From the NCBI GenBank assembly GCA_036501385.1, contig DASYAK010000016.1, positions 64,996 to 128,995 on the forward strand: a stretch of 64,000 nucleotides of DNA, written 5' to 3'. The notes under the pieces are model-generated. The model did no database searches. It was given only the letters and a program-made list of their open reading frames with translations, and was not told where the DNA came from. A program made the translations under genes and the position numbers. This document shows, in pieces, positions 1 to 12,000 of the stretch; the stretch's first letter is position 1, and every line of letters starts with the position of its first letter. Origin of the DNA: Gemmatimonadales bacterium (GTDB lineage: Bacteria; Gemmatimonadota; Gemmatimonadetes; Gemmatimonadales; GWC2-71-9).

Positions 1-2988
1 CGGGACGCCCTTGAGGTAGTGATCGAAGAATTCTGCCATCCTGATGGCGTAATCCCGCTGGTTGACCGGTTTGGCCAGCCCGTGATTTTCCCCCACGTAC
101 TCCAGGAAGACAACTTCCTTCCCCAGCTGCCGAAGGGTGTTGTAGTACGTCACCCCCTGATTGAAGTCGACCGCTCCATCCCGGTCATTCTGCAGGATCA
201 TCAGGGGGGTGTGCACCTTGTCGGCGTGGAAGACGGGCGAATTCCGGATGTAGGCGTCGTAGTTCTCCAGGAAGTTCCCCTTGAACCGGCCCTGGCTCGA
301 CTCGAAAATCGCCGCGTCCGATCCGCCGGTGTTCCAGTAGATCGACGCATACATGCTCACCATGTTGGTGAGCGGAGCACCGGCCACCGCCGCAGCAAAG
401 ATATCGGTCTGCGTCACGAGGAAGGCGGTCTGGTACCCGCCCCACGAATGTCCCCACAGCCCGACGTGCTTCGGATCGACAATCCCGGTGGCAATCGCGG
501 CCTTGACCGCAGGCACCACGCACCACACCGCCGACATCCCGGGATCGTTGACCTTGTAGACGATATCCGGATCGAACACCACGTAGCCACGATTGGTATA
601 GAGCGACGGATCGGGCGTGCGCGTGTCGCTCGGCGAGACAAAGACGTTCTTCCCCTGCGACCGCTTCTCGTAGATCGTCACCAGCATCGGATACTGCTTC
701 CCGGGCTGGTAATTGGCGGGGAGATAGAGTGCGCCCTGGAGCTTGTCCCCCTTGGCGCTGACGTAGTTGACCAGCCGAGTTCCGCTTGACCACGCCAGCT
801 CCCTGATCTGCGGGTCGGCATCGGTGAGCTGATATCCCGGCGTAAAGCCGCTACCGAAGACGTGGTAGTCGGGATACTCGGTGAACGTCTGCCGGGTGTA
901 AAGATATGTGTCGGCATCACGCGCCTTGGTGATCGAGAACTTCGCGTCCTCGAAGAGCAGGGCCCTGGCGCCGGGCTGACCGGGATCGATCCGCGAGATG
1001 CCTTCCTTCTTGGTCCATTCGCCATAGGTGCTGACGAAGAGTGGCTGCGAGAGATCGATCCCTTCGGCGGGATTGATTCCGCCGCGGCCCCCGCGGGCCG
1101 CACCGCCGGAGCGAGTCGGTGCAAAGCGGTACAGGGTCTGGTATCGCACCTGATTGCGGCGCCCATCGACGGTGAGATTCACGGCCGCGGCGCCTGGGCG
1201 GCTCGGGACCTTCCAGATGTCCCAGTTGTCCGACAGCAGGACATACCGCCCGTCGCTGCTCCAGCCAAAGGAGCGCGCGGCCGGCGGAACGAGGTTGTTG
1301 TGATCGTCGTCGGTATTGACGAACGACGTCGGGACGCCGCGGGTGATCGCCGTGCTGTCGAGTGTCGACAAGTCGAGGACCCACCAGTTCGCGTCGCGGC
1401 CCCAGTAGAGTACGCGTTGCCCGTCGGGCGACGCGGTCATCGGCCCGCTGGGTTTCTTCCGCTGGACGAGCTTGTGCGCGCCGGTGGCAAGATCGACGGC
1501 GTAGACGTCTTCGTAATTCCGCCCGGTGTAGCTGGCGCGTTCCTCGTACGGCTCGGTATTGACCCCGTAGGCGAAGTGATCGCCGCTGGTGACCGTGACG
1601 GAACGGATCGAATCGTCGGCCAGCCTGAGGAATCGATTGTCGGCGACCCGGAACTCGGCGAGGAAGTTGAACGCACGATCCTGCTGTTCCTGCACGATCT
1701 GCTGCGACTGCAGCCGTGGATCCTTGTAGTGCCAGAGGATCAGCGACGGCAGCGAATCGCTGCCCGCGGCCGGCGTCGCGCCGGCTCGCGCACCCGGCGC
1801 GACCGCGCCCGTACCACCGGCCCCGGGCGCGCCACCTTGGTTGGCGCTCGCCCCGCGCGCACTGACTGCTCCGCCGCGGGGAATCGGCAGTGCCTCGCGG
1901 AGGCCAAAGAAAATCGCTCCGAGCCCAGCCGCGTATCGGGGTGCCCGCTCTGACGCGATCTTCCATCCGGTGGGAAAATCGTTGCGCCCGGCCGGGTCGA
2001 AGACGATCTGGTGTGCCGGACCGTCGGCACCGAAGCCGGTGAACGCTTCAATCGCGAACACGGTGTCCCGGGTCAATGAATCAAGCCTGCCGCGCATGAC
2101 GCTGAGCCCGGCGGACGAATCGACCCAGGCGAGGTGAGAATAGATGAGCGGGGCGCTCTCCAGCGACTTCGACACACCGGTATTCATATTCCGCAGTTGT
2201 ACGCCGTTGCCGACCCGATCGGGCGTCGACATCGTGTAGGCCAGCCAGTCACCATCGCGATCGAAGGTGTACTCTCCGACTGGCCCCATGTTGAACTGTT
2301 CGCCTGTGGCGAGATTATAGAGCAGCAGATCGCTGCTCCCGCCGGTCTGGCCCTCGGCGTTCGCCAGCGCACCCGCCCCACGTCCGCCGCCTGCACCGCC
2401 CCGCCCACTACTGGCCGCTCCACCGGCCGCGTCCTGCATCACGACCCACGACGCATCCTCGGTATTGAACGCGAAGCGGCGAATCCGGTCGAACTCCTTC
2501 GTCGTTCCGGTCGTGAGATTGGTGAGGACCAGTTTCGCGGGGCCCGTCGACGTATCCGCTGACGCGCTTCCCGCGCCCGGAACGGCTCCGGCCCGGCCCG
2601 GCCCTTTCCGCCCGCTCGCCAACGCCGCGGCACGAGGCGCCGTGACGACGTAGCCGAGCCAGTGTGAGTCACCGGAGATCGCGATCGAGCCACCGCCGGG
2701 ACCGGTGACTCGACGGAGGTCGTCATGGCTTGAGTCGGCAGTTTTTCGCACCACGATCGTCGCGTTACCCTCGGCAGGCCCGACCTCATAGACGAACCAT
2801 TTCCCGTCGTTGGACAGCGCGCTCTGGCGGATCGCGTTCCAGCTCTTGAGATCGGCCGGCGTGATCAATCGCCCGGTCGCCGCCGCCGGCGTTGCCTTGT
2901 CGGCCCCGCCCGCCTGCATCTGTGCGGATGCCCGCGCTGCCGCGGCACACGGCAAGACCAGCGCGATGGCGCGAACAATCGGGCGCAT
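1..2988 (-). CDS. S9 family serine peptidase (prolyl oligopeptidase / acylaminoacyl-peptidase-like), secreted; C-terminal end runs off the window
   Basis: Absent from the ORF track because its stop lies left of position 1. No listed minus-strand ORF uses this frame between 1 and 3000. Manual reverse translation from the ATG (CAT at 2986-2988, GGAG 7 nt upstream) gives a signal-like MRPIVRAIALVLPCAAAARASAQ, then a long propeller-like region. The C-terminal hydrolase part has VDPKHVGLWGHSWGGYQTAF (GxSxGG nucleophile elbow, nt ~420-480) and ...LMILQNDRDGAVDFNQG...ENHGL...MAEFFDHYLKGVP at nt 1-240. Confidence 0.8.
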   Translation of the reverse strand, partial: MRPIVRAIALVLPCAAAARASAQMQAGGADKATPAAATGRLITPADLKSWNAIRQSALSNDGKWFVYEVGPAEGNATIVVRKTADSSHDDLRRVTGPGGGSIAISGDSHWLGYVVTAPRAAALASGRKGPGRAGAVPGAGSASADTSTGPAKLVLTNLTTGTTKEFDRIRRFAFNTEDASWVVMQDAAGGAASSGRGGAGGGRGAGALANAEGQTGGSSDLLLYNLATGEQFNMGPVGEYTFDRDGDWLAYTMSTPDRVGNGVQLRNMNTGVSKSLESAPLIYSHLAWVDSSAGLSVMRGRLDSLTRDTVFAIEAFTGFGADGPAHQIVFDPAGRNDFPTGWKIASERAPRYAAGLGAIFFGLREALPIPRGGAVSARGASANQGGAPGAGGTGAVAPGARAGATPAAGSDSLPSLILWHYKDPRLQSQQIVQEQQDRAFNFLAEFRVADNRFLRLADDSIRSVTVTSGDHFAYGVNTEPYEERASYTGRNYEDVYAVDLATGAHKLVQRKKPSGPMTASPDGQRVLYWGRDANWWVLDLSTLDSTAITRGVPTSFVNTDDDHNNLVPPAARSFGWSSDGRYVLLSDNWDIWKVPSRPGAAAVNLTVDGRRNQVRYQTLYRFAPTRSGGAARGGRGGINPAEGIDLSQPLFVSTYGEWTKKEGISRIDPGQPGARALLFEDAKFSITKARDADTYLYTRQTFTEYPDYHVFGSGFTPGYQLTDADPQIRELAWSSGTRLVNYVSAKGDKLQGALYLPANYQPGKQYPMLVTIYEKRSQGKNVFVSPSDTRTPDPSLYTNRGYVVFDPDIVYKVNDPGMSAVWCVVPAVKAAIATGIVDPKHVGLWGHSWGGYQTAFLVTQTDIFAAAVAGAPLTNMVSMYASIYWNTGGSDAAIFESSQGRFKGNFLENYDAYIRNSPVFHADKVHTPLMILQNDRDGAVDFNQGVTYYNTLRQLGKEVVFLEYVGENHGLAKPVNQRDYAIRMAEFFDHYLKGVP

Positions 2989-3092
2989 GACGAACTCCGG
3001 TCTGGGTTGCATGGAGGGAACCGAGGGAAAAGTACCGCTTCTCCTCTGGCGAGGGCAGCGCATCCGGTCCCCGGCGACGACCGAACGGCCGG

Positions 3093-3470
3093 CTACAGTC
3101 GGCCACCGGCGAGCGAGAAGGCGAGGATCGCGAGCACCACCGCAGTGATCGCCATGTAAGTACGGTCGGCTTGGCGGATGAATCCGATCAGTGAGAGAGC
3201 AACCCGGGCTACCGGCGTCGCGATTAGGACGAGCAAGCCGAGCTGAATGATCGCCGACGTCTGGCCGGTCAGGGCGTGCCGCACGATCCCGCCGACCGAG
3301 GTCAGTCCATCGACCGGCCCACGGAAGACGCCGTAGGTGACAATGTCGTGGCCGTGCCTGGCGAGGTACGCGGCGCCACCAATGACGGTGACTGCCGCCG
3401 CGACGATAACACCGGTGCGGAGGACGTTGCCGACCGCCTGCTCGACCTGCTCGTCGGTCCATCGCTGCAT
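3093..3470 (-). CDS. DUF1634-type small membrane protein (usual partner of TauE/SafE)
   Basis: Last 125 codons of track ORF 3093..4361. The ATG is CAT at 3468-3470, 2 nt downstream of the TauE stop (TCA 3473-3475). Hydrophobic helices: VIVAAAVTVIGGAAYL, AIIQLGLLVLIATPVARVALSL, MAITAVVLAILAFSLAG. The upstream part of the 422-aa ORF is an out-of-frame overlap of the TauE gene. Confidence 0.7.
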   Translation of the reverse strand: MQRWTDEQVEQAVGNVLRTGVIVAAAVTVIGGAAYLARHGHDIVTYGVFRGPVDGLTSVGGIVRHALTGQTSAIIQLGLLVLIATPVARVALSLIGFIRQADRTYMAITAVVLAILAFSLAGGRL

Positions 3471-3472
3471 CG

Positions 3473-4309
3473 TCAGATCCTCCCGCTCGACGCCTTGTAG
3501 ACCATCTCGGCTGCCAGGGCGAGAATGACGAAGGCGAAGATCTGGCGAAGTCGTCGCGTGTGAATCCGGCTCAAGAGCCGCGCGCCGAGGAGGGCACCGG
3601 CGAGAACGCCCAGCATCACCGGAAACGACAGCGCTGGATCGATGTACCCGCGGCGAAGGTACACACCGGCGCTGGCTGCGGCCGTGACGCCGATCATGAA
3701 GTTGCTGGTCGTGGTCGACACCTTGAATGGCAGACGCATCGCGTTGTCCATCGCCAGCACCTTGAGCGCGCCGGATCCAATTCCGAGCAGACCGGAGAGG
3801 ATTCCGGCAATGAACATCAGGCCGAAACCCAGCGGAACGCGCGTCACACCGTAGTCCTCCAGGCCTGCCGATGTCGGATAGGTCGACGTGAGCCTGAGCG
3901 GTCGTGCCCACACATCCGATCGTTCGACGCTGAGGTGTTCGAGTCGGGGTCGGGCCGACAGATAGGCCGAGAAGACCAGCATCGCGGCGAAAACGTACGC
4001 GATCGCATTGGTCGAGATCAGGCCGGCGATGAACGCTCCGCCCAGCGCGCCGGTCGTCGTCGCGATTTCGAGGAGCATGCCGAGGCGGATGTTGGTGTAT
4101 CCCTCCTTGACATAGGCGGCGGCGGCTCCCGACGACGTCGCGATCACGCTGATCAACGAAGCGCCGATGGCATAGTGGAGATCGACGCCGAACGCGATCG
4201 TGAGCAGAGGGACGATCACCATGCCGCCGCCGAGCCCGGTGAGCGAGCCGAGGAGCCCGGCGAGGAAGGCGCCAACGAGAATCAATCCACTGAGTTCGAG
4301 CGCAGTCAC
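3473..4309 (-). CDS. TauE/SafE (DUF81) family anion/sulfite exporter
   Basis: 278 aa and almost entirely hydrophobic. Gly-rich helices appear in both halves (LGSLTGLGGGMVIVPLL ... SGLLGIGSGALKVLAM), as in TauE/SafE permeases. It is followed by the DUF1634-type partner. Confidence 0.8.
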   Translation of the reverse strand: MTALELSGLILVGAFLAGLLGSLTGLGGGMVIVPLLTIAFGVDLHYAIGASLISVIATSSGAAAAYVKEGYTNIRLGMLLEIATTTGALGGAFIAGLISTNAIAYVFAAMLVFSAYLSARPRLEHLSVERSDVWARPLRLTSTYPTSAGLEDYGVTRVPLGFGLMFIAGILSGLLGIGSGALKVLAMDNAMRLPFKVSTTTSNFMIGVTAAASAGVYLRRGYIDPALSFPVMLGVLAGALLGARLLSRIHTRRLRQIFAFVILALAAEMVYKASSGRI

Positions 4310-4370
4310 CGAATGGGGATTCCCCGGAAAGCCTGGAGAGGAACGCCCCGCATAATAGCAACCTGTTGCG

Positions 4371-6029
4371 TCAGACGCGCTGCTTCGCCGGCAGGTTCAT
4401 CGTGATGTTGTCCCGGACACTGATCAGGTGCTTGAGTTCGGCGATGTCGACCGGCTTCACCGTGTGCGCGTCGAAGCCGGCGTCGCGGGCGCGCTGCTTG
4501 TCGCGCTCCTGGCCGTACCCGGTCATTGCGATGATCTGGGTGACGTCGAGGTCGTCCTGGCGCACCTGGCGGCAGACTTCGTAGCCGTCCATCCCGGGGA
4601 GTCCGATATCGAGGAGCATGATGGCTGGGCGCTCGCTCCGCGCCAGCTCCACCGCGCGCGGCCCGTCGTGCGCGACCATCACTTCGTGGCCGTCGAGGCG
4701 CAGCAGCATCGCCAGACTTTCTGCGGCGTCGCGGTTGTCGTCGACTACCAGGATCCGGCGTGACATCTGCTGAGCGAGCCCAACTCGTTCGGTCGATCGC
4801 GGCGTGGCCACGATCTCATCGGCCAGGCAGGGTAGCCAGATGGTGAATTCGCTCCCCCGCCCGATCCCGCGGCTGGTCGCACGGACGCTTCCGCCGTGCA
4901 TCTCCACCAGTGTCTTGACGAGCGACAATCCCACGCCGAGTCCTCCCTGCTGCTGATCGGCCGGCCGCTCTCCCTGCGAGAAGAGCTCGAAGACCTGGGT
5001 CTGCATGTCGGTTGTTATGCCGATTCCGCGATCCCTGACGGCGACGACGGCGAGCCCCGGTTCGGCGCCGACGATCACGTCGATCCTGCCGCGTTCGGTC
5101 TGGTACTTGGCCGCGTTGTTGAGAAGATTGGCGATCACCTGGGTGAGCCGGGCGGCGTCGCCGTTGACGCGCACCGGCCGATCGGGAAGGTGGACCGACA
5201 GCGCGTGACGTTGTGCGTCGATCAGCGGCCGGCTCATTTCGACCGCGGCGTTCACCACGGCCGACATCTCGATCGGCTCGAGCCGCAGCTTGATCTTCCC
5301 CTGGGTGATCCGCGAAACATCGAGGAGGTCATCAACCAGCCGGGTCAGCTGATTCGCCTGCCGTTCGATGACATCCCGGCACCACTGAAGATCGGGGTCG
5401 AGCGATTCCTTGAGGTGCATGATGCTCACCGCATTGCGCACCGGCGCCAGCGGATTGCGGAGTTCATGCGCCAGCAGCGCGAGGAACTCGTCCTTGCGAC
5501 GATCGGCTTCGCGAAGCCTGGAGGTGAGTTCTGCCTGCTTCAGTGCTGACGCTTCGAGAGCGGCCGTTCGCTCCGCGACACGCTGCTCGAGTTCTCGATT
5601 GAGCCGCTCCGCCTCCCGCGTCGAGCGGTACAGCTCCGTGAAGACACTCACTTTGGCGCGCAACAGCTCCGGAATCACCGGCACCGACAAGTAGTCGACC
5701 GCTCCTGACGCGTATCCTTTGACCCGGTCCAGATCGGTGAGGTGCACCGCGGAGACGAAGATGATCGCGGTCTTCTGGAAGCGGGGGTGCTGGCGGATAA
5801 TCTCGGCGAGCTCGAAGCCGTCGATCTCCGGCATGCTGACGTCCATCAGCACCACAGTGATGTCGTTCTTGAGCAGATGCTCGAGCGCCTCCTTCCCCGA
5901 GGTCGCCTTGATCAGGTTTTCGCCGAGGTCGCTGAGAATTGCCTCGTAGCTGAGCAACTTCCCCGGCTGGTCGTCCACCAGGAGGATGTTGGCCTTGTCG
6001 GCCCCGCGCAGCCCGCTAGCGGCCGTCAC
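4371..6029 (-). CDS. hybrid sensor histidine kinase / response regulator (REC-HisKA-HATPase-REC)
   Basis: Track ORF 4371..6116. The N-terminal receiver is ILLVDDQPG...[16 protein letters not shown]...FVSA. A coiled coil follows, then the H-box LAHELRNPL and an ATPase region ([25 protein letters not shown]). The C-terminal receiver is ILVVDDNRD...[16 protein letters not shown]...HTVKP. The likely start is GTG at 6029-6027, overlapping the stop of the upstream kinase (TCA 6026-6028) as GTGA. The ATG at 6116 would overlap that gene by 90 nt. Confidence 0.9.
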   Translation of the reverse strand: MTAASGLRGADKANILLVDDQPGKLLSYEAILSDLGENLIKATSGKEALEHLLKNDITVVLMDVSMPEIDGFELAEIIRQHPRFQKTAIIFVSAVHLTDLDRVKGYASGAVDYLSVPVIPELLRAKVSVFTELYRSTREAERLNRELEQRVAERTAALEASALKQAELTSRLREADRRKDEFLALLAHELRNPLAPVRNAVSIMHLKESLDPDLQWCRDVIERQANQLTRLVDDLLDVSRITQGKIKLRLEPIEMSAVVNAAVEMSRPLIDAQRHALSVHLPDRPVRVNGDAARLTQVIANLLNNAAKYQTERGRIDVIVGAEPGLAVVAVRDRGIGITTDMQTQVFELFSQGERPADQQQGGLGVGLSLVKTLVEMHGGSVRATSRGIGRGSEFTIWLPCLADEIVATPRSTERVGLAQQMSRRILVVDDNRDAAESLAMLLRLDGHEVMVAHDGPRAVELARSERPAIMLLDIGLPGMDGYEVCRQVRQDDLDVTQIIAMTGYGQERDKQRARDAGFDAHTVKPVDIAELKHLISVRDNITMNLPAKQRV

Positions 6030-9000
6030 CGATGCAACCAGAGGCGGAGAGCGGAGAGGAGCTGTTCCGTGTTGACCGGTTTGGCGAGGTAGTCCGACGC
6101 GCCGGCATCGAGGCATTTCTCGCGGTCGCCTTTCATCGCCTTGGCAGTGAGCGCGACGATCGGCAGCCTGCGGAACTGCGGCTGCTGGCGGATGGCGTGC
6201 ATCGTCTGATATCCGTCCATCTCCGGCATCATGATGTCCATCAGCACGATGGCGATGTCTTCGGTCCGCGCCAGGGTGGCGATCGCCTCGTGACCGGTTC
6301 CCGCAGTCAGGACTTCCATCCCGCGGCGTTCGAGCACGCTGCTCAGGGCAAAGATGTTCCGGATGTCGTCGTCGACGACGAGCACCTTCTTCCCGACCAG
6401 GTCGTCGTCACCGCGATGCAATCGCTCGAGCATTCGCTGCTTTTCAGCCGGCAGTTGATAGACCACGCGGTGGAGGAAGAGCGCGGTTTCGTCGAGGAGC
6501 CGTTCCGGCGATTCCACGCCCTTGACGACGACGCTCCTGGCCAGTGTATGAAGCCGGGCATCCTCTTCGGGCGACAGTTCTTTTCCAGTGAAGACGACGA
6601 CCGGCAACTCGCAGAGATGAGCATCGTCGCGGATATGTTCCAGCACCTCGAACCCCGACATGTCGGGAAGCCGCAGATCGAGCACCGCGCAGTCGTACGG
6701 TTCCCGGCGCAGGGTGGCGAGCGCCTCGCTTCCGGTGGATGCCGTCTCGATTTCGACGTCGTCATGGCCGAGCAGCTCGATGATGCTCACCTGCTCGGCC
6801 GGGTTGTCTTCGACCACCAGGAGACGGCGCGACCGCGGCGCCGAGTATTCCTTGATGCGGGACAACGCCGCCTGCAATCCTTCCGACGTCGTCGGCTTTG
6901 GCAGAAAGGCGAAGGCACCACATGCCAGGCCGTGCTGACGATCCTCGTCGAGGGTCACGATCTGCACCGGGATGTGTCGCAGCGCCGGATCCTGCTTGAG
7001 CTGATTAAGCACCGTCCACCCGAGCATGTCGGGGAGAAAGACGTCGAGCGATACCGCGGTCGGCTGGAATTCTCGGGCGAGCGCGAGGGCATCAGCTCCG
7101 CCACCCGCCACCAGGACCTTGAATCCCTGATTGTGCGCCTCGTCGAGAAGGATGCGGGCGTAGTGCGGATCGTCTTCGACGATAAGAAGAGTCGGGTCGC
7201 CAGCCACCAGCCTCTGGCGGTCGTCGGGGATCTGTTCCACCACGCGGTCGATGACGCGCACTGGCGGAAACGAGCTGTGCACCGGCAGCCGCTCGTCGCT
7301 GGTCGGCGCCGACGGTCCGACGTACGCGATGGGGAGATAGAGGATGAAGGTGCTTCCCACGCCCGGCATGCTGCGCAACTGGATTTCGCCGCCGAGGAGC
7401 GACGCAAGTTCACGGCTGATGGCGAGGCCGAGCCCGGTCCCGCCGTACTTCCGGCTGGTTCCTGCGTCGGCCTGCTGGAACGCTTCGAAGATGATCCGCT
7501 GCTTTTCCTGAGGGATGCCGATCCCGGTGTCGGCGACCTCGAACGCAACGACTCGCGCCGCGTGCGACAGCACCGGGTGCTCCACGTTCCAGCCGCTCGA
7601 CACCGGCCCGACGCGCAGCCGGACGCCGCCCTGCTCGGTAAATTTGAACGCATTGGACAAAAGATTCTTGAGGACCTGCTGCAGGCGCTTGGTGTCCGTG
7701 ACGATGGTGCTCCCCGTTGCCGGGTCGAGCTGTACATCGAGGGAAAGGCTCCGGGCCTCCGCCTCGTGGCGGAAGGGTCTCGCGATCGCTTCGAGAATGC
7801 TGGCGACCGCGACTTCTTCGGCCATCACCGTGACCGTTCCCGATTCGATCTTGGAGAGATCGAGAATGTCGGTGATGAGGTTGAGGAGGTCGGTGCCGGC
7901 GCCGTGAATCGTGCGCGCGAACTCGACCTGCCGCGGCTGGAGGTTCCCCTCGGAGTTCTCCGAGAGCTGCTGGCCAAGAATGAGAATGCTGTTGAGCGGC
8001 GTCCGCAATTCGTGCGACATGTTGGCCAGGAACTCGGACTTGTACTTGGAGGTGAGCGCAAGTTCCGTGGCCTTTTCCTCGAGTGCCCGGCGGGCCTGCT
8101 CGATTTCCTGGTTCTTGCGTTCCACTTCGGCGTTCTGTTCCGCCAGCTGCTGCGCCTTCTGCGCCAGCTGTTCGTTGGTCTGCTGCAACTCGCCCTGCTG
8201 CGTCTGCAGTTCGGTCGCGAGCTGCTGCGACTGCTTGAGCAGCCCTTCGGTCTGCATCGTCGCCTCGATGCTGTTGAGCACAATGGCGATGCTGCTGGTG
8301 AGCTGTTCGAGCAGGGCGAGATGCGACGGCACGAATTCGGTGAGGGATGCGATGCCCAGCACCGCCTTGATCTTCCCTTCGAAGACAACCGGGACGACAA
8401 CGATCGTGCGCGGCATCGCGTCGACGAAGACGGAACTCACCGGCACCGTATCGGGAGGCACGTTGGTGACCAGGATGCGGCGCTGGTCGGCGGCACACTG
8501 TCCCACGAAGCCTTCGCCCATCCCGAGTTCTGCGGCGAATCCGCCCTGGCGAGCGTCGGCATATGACGCCAGCAGCGCCAACAGCGGTGGCTCGTCGCCC
8601 CGCACCTGATAGATCACGCCCTGGTGCGCATTGACGAGCGGCACCAGCTCCGAGAGGAGGACCTTCCCGACCGTGCCGAGATCTCGCTGCCCCTGCAGCA
8701 TGCCGGTGAGGCGGGCAAGATTGGTCTTGAGCCAGTCCTGTTCGGTGTTGCGGTCGGTGGTCAACCGCAGATTGTCGATCATCGTGTTGATATTGTCCTT
8801 GAGCTCCGCGACTTCGCCGCGGGCTTCGACCTGGATCGACCGGGTGAGATCGCCCTGGGTCACGGCCGTCGCCACTTCGGCAATCGAACGCACCTGCGTG
8901 GTCAGGTTCGCCGCCAGGAGATTGACGTTGCCGGTCAGGTCCTTCCAGGTCCCGGCCGCGCCCGGAACGTTGGCCTGTCCGCCGAGGCGGCCTTCGACGC

Positions 9001-12000
9001 CGACCTCGCGCGCGACCGTCGTCACCTGATCGGCGAACGTGGCAAGCGTGCCGGTCATGTTGTTGATCGTCTCGGCGAGCGCCGCCACTTCGCCCTTGGC
9101 GTTCACTGTCAGCTTGGGCTTGAGGTCACCGTTGGCCACGGCGGTGACGACCTTGACGATGCCGCGTACCTGTTCGGTGAGATTCGCGGCCATCACGTTG
9201 ACGTTATCGGTGAGATCCTTCCACGTCCCGGCGACCCCGGGGACCTTCGCCTGGCCACCCAGCTTCCCTTCCGTGCCGACCTCGCGCGCCAGCCGGGTCA
9301 CTTCCGCCGCAAATGCATTGAGCTGATCGACCATCGTGTTGATCGTCAGCTTGAGTTCGAGGATCTCGCCCTTGACGTCGACGGTGATCTTGCGGGAGAG
9401 ATCGCCGCGCGCCACGGCCGTGGTGACTTCCGCGATGTTGCGAACCTGTGTGGTGAGATTGGCAGCGAGGAGATTGACGTTGTCGGTGAGGTCCTTCCAC
9501 GTTCCACCCACACCCGAGACGACGGCCTGCCCACCGAGCTTGCCGTCGGTGCCGACTTCACGCGCGACACGGGTGACCTCAGCCGCGAACGATCGCAGCT
9601 GCTCCACCATCGTGTTGATCCCCTCCTTGAGTTGCAGCAGTTCGCCCCGCACATCGACGGTGATCTTCTTCGAGAGATCGCCGCTGGCGACCGCAATCGT
9701 CACTTCGGCGATGTTGCGGACCTGCGCGGTGAGGTTGCTCGCCATCGAATTGACGCTGTCGGTGAGGTCCTTCCACGTGCCGGCCACTCCCGGCACCTGC
9801 GCCTGTCCACCGAGCTTGCCTTCGGTGCCGACCTCGCGGGCAACGCGGGTCACTTCGCCGGCGAAGCCGTTGAGCTGGTCGACCATCGTATTGATCGTGT
9901 TCTTGAGCTCGAGAATCTCGCCGCTAACGTTCACGGTGATCTTGCGCGACAAGTCGCCACGGGCAACCGCCGTCGTCACCTCGGCGATGTTGCGCACCTG
10001 CGCGGTGAGATTCCCCGCCATGAAGTTGACGTTGTCGGTCAAGCCCTTCCAGGTTCCGGCGACCCCAGGGACCTGCGCCTGGCCGCCCAGTTTCCCCTCG
10101 GTACCGACCTCGCGCGCCACCCGAGTCACTTCGGAGGCAAAGGCGTTGAGCTGATCGACCATCGTGTTGAGCGTATCCTTGAGCTCGAGGATCTCGCCGC
10201 TCACGTCCACGGTGATTTTCTTGGAGAGATCGCCATTGGCGATCGCGGTCGCCACTTCCGCGATGTTGCGAACCTGCGCCGTCAGGTTGCTCGCCATGAA
10301 GTTGACGCTGTCGGTGAGGTCCTTCCACGTTCCCCCGACGCCCGGCACCAGCGCCTGGCCGCCAAGGCGCCCGTCGGTGCCCACCTCGCGCGCCACACGA
10401 GTGACTTCCGACGCAAAGGCGTTGAGCTGATCGACCATGGTGTTGAGAGTGTCCTTCAGCTCGAGAATCTCTCCCTTGACGTCGACCGTGATCTTGCGCG
10501 ACAAGTCGCCGCGCGCCACTGCCGTGGCGACCTCGGCGATGTTGCGGACCTGCCCGGTGAGATTGCTCGCCATCGAGTTGACGCTGTCGGTGAGATCCTT
10601 CCACGTTCCCGCCACTCCACCGACTTGCGCCTGACCGCCGAGCTTTCCTTCCGTGCCGACCTCGCGGGCAACGCGCGTGACCTCCGCGGCGAAGGCGTTC
10701 AGCTGATCCACCATCGTGTTGATGGTGATCTTGAGTTCGAGCACTTCTCCTTTGACGTCCACCGTGATCTTGCGCGACAAGTCGCCGCGGGCCACCGCCG
10801 TGGTCACCTCGGCGATGTTGCGGACCTGTGTGGTGAGATTCGCGGCCAGCAGGTTGACGTTGTCGGTGAGATCCTTCCACGTGCCGGCGACCCCCGGGAC
10901 AGCAGCCTGTCCGCCGAGGCGTCCTTCGGTTCCGACTTCGCGGGCAACGCGGGTGACTTCCGATGCGAAGCCGTTGAGCTGATCGACCATCGTGTTGAGC
11001 GTTTCCTTGAGCTGCAGGATCTCGCCGCTCACATTCACGGTGATCTTCTTCGACAGGTCGCCTCGCGCGATCGCGGTGGCCACCTCGGCAATGTTGCGGA
11101 CCTGCGCCGTCAGGTTGCTCGCCATGAAGTTGACGTTGTCGGTGAGATCCTTCCACGTGCCGCCAACGCCGAGCACCTGCGCCTGACCGCCAAGCTTGCC
11201 TTCCGTGCCGACCTCGCGCGCCACGCGCGTCACCTCGCCCGCAAACGCGTTGAGCTGGTCGACCATCGTGTTGATGGTGTCCTTGAGCGCCAGGATCTCG
11301 CCGCTCACGTTCACCGTGATCTTGCGTGACAGATCGCCGCGCGCGACCGCGGTGGTTACCTCGGCGATGTTGCGGACCTGGGCCGTCAGGTTTCCGGCCA
11401 TCGCGTTGACGCTGTCGGTGAGATCCTTCCACGTCCCGGCCACGCCTGGCACCACAGCCTGCCCGCCAAGCTTCCCTTCGGTGCCGACCTCGCGTGCCAC
11501 ACGCGTCACCTCAGACGCGAACGACCGCAACTGATCGACCATCGTATTGATCGCTTCCTTGAGCTGCAGGATCTCGCCGCGGACGTCGACGGTGATCTTG
11601 CGCGAGAGGTCGCCGCTTGCGACCGCAATCGTCACCTCGGAAATGTTGCGGACCTGCGCGGTCAGGTTGCTCGCCATCGAGTTGACCGATTCAGTCAGGT
11701 CTTTCCAGACTCCGCTCACGCCGAGCACCTGGGCCTGTCCGCCGAGCTTCCCATCCGATCCGACTTCGCGCGCCACGCGGGTCACCTCGGAGGTGAAGAC
11801 GCCCAGTTGCTGGATCATCGTGTTGACGATCGTCGCGGACCGGAGGAACTCGCCCTCGAGGGGACGGCCGTCGACGTCGAGGCGGATCGTCTTGGAGAGG
11901 TGCCCCTGCGCGACCGCGGCAATCGCGTCGGTGACTTCGGTGGTGGGACGCAGAAGATCGTCCACCAGCGTGTTGACCGACGCCTCCATTTCGCCCCACG

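Noticed and set aside
3471-4361. N-terminal 297 residues of track ORF 3093..4361 (422 aa)
   Set aside because: It overlaps the TauE gene out of frame and is Arg-rich nonsense. Only the last 125 codons (DUF1634-type) look real, starting at an ATG just after the TauE stop.
6032-8566. 844-aa plus-strand ORF
   Set aside because: It is antisense to the GAF/HisKA/HATPase/REC part of the giant kinase. It is Arg/Asp/Glu-rich with no motifs, whereas the minus frame carries textbook kinase and receiver motifs.
8624-11329. 901-aa plus-strand ORF (plus many 60-270-aa ORFs on both strands) across the HAMP repeat region
   Set aside because: It is antisense to the 2087-aa kinase gene. Its sequence is a periodic low-complexity mirror (…DLARQ…HRVD…GEILPR…) of the repeats with no recognisable domain. 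Open antisense frames are expected in GC-rich repeats.
8750-11998. Regular repeats that might be mistaken for a CRISPR array or satellite
   Set aside because: The period is 276 nt (92 codons), in frame within one ORF. There is no repeat/unique-spacer alternation and no cas genes, so it is a protein-domain array.
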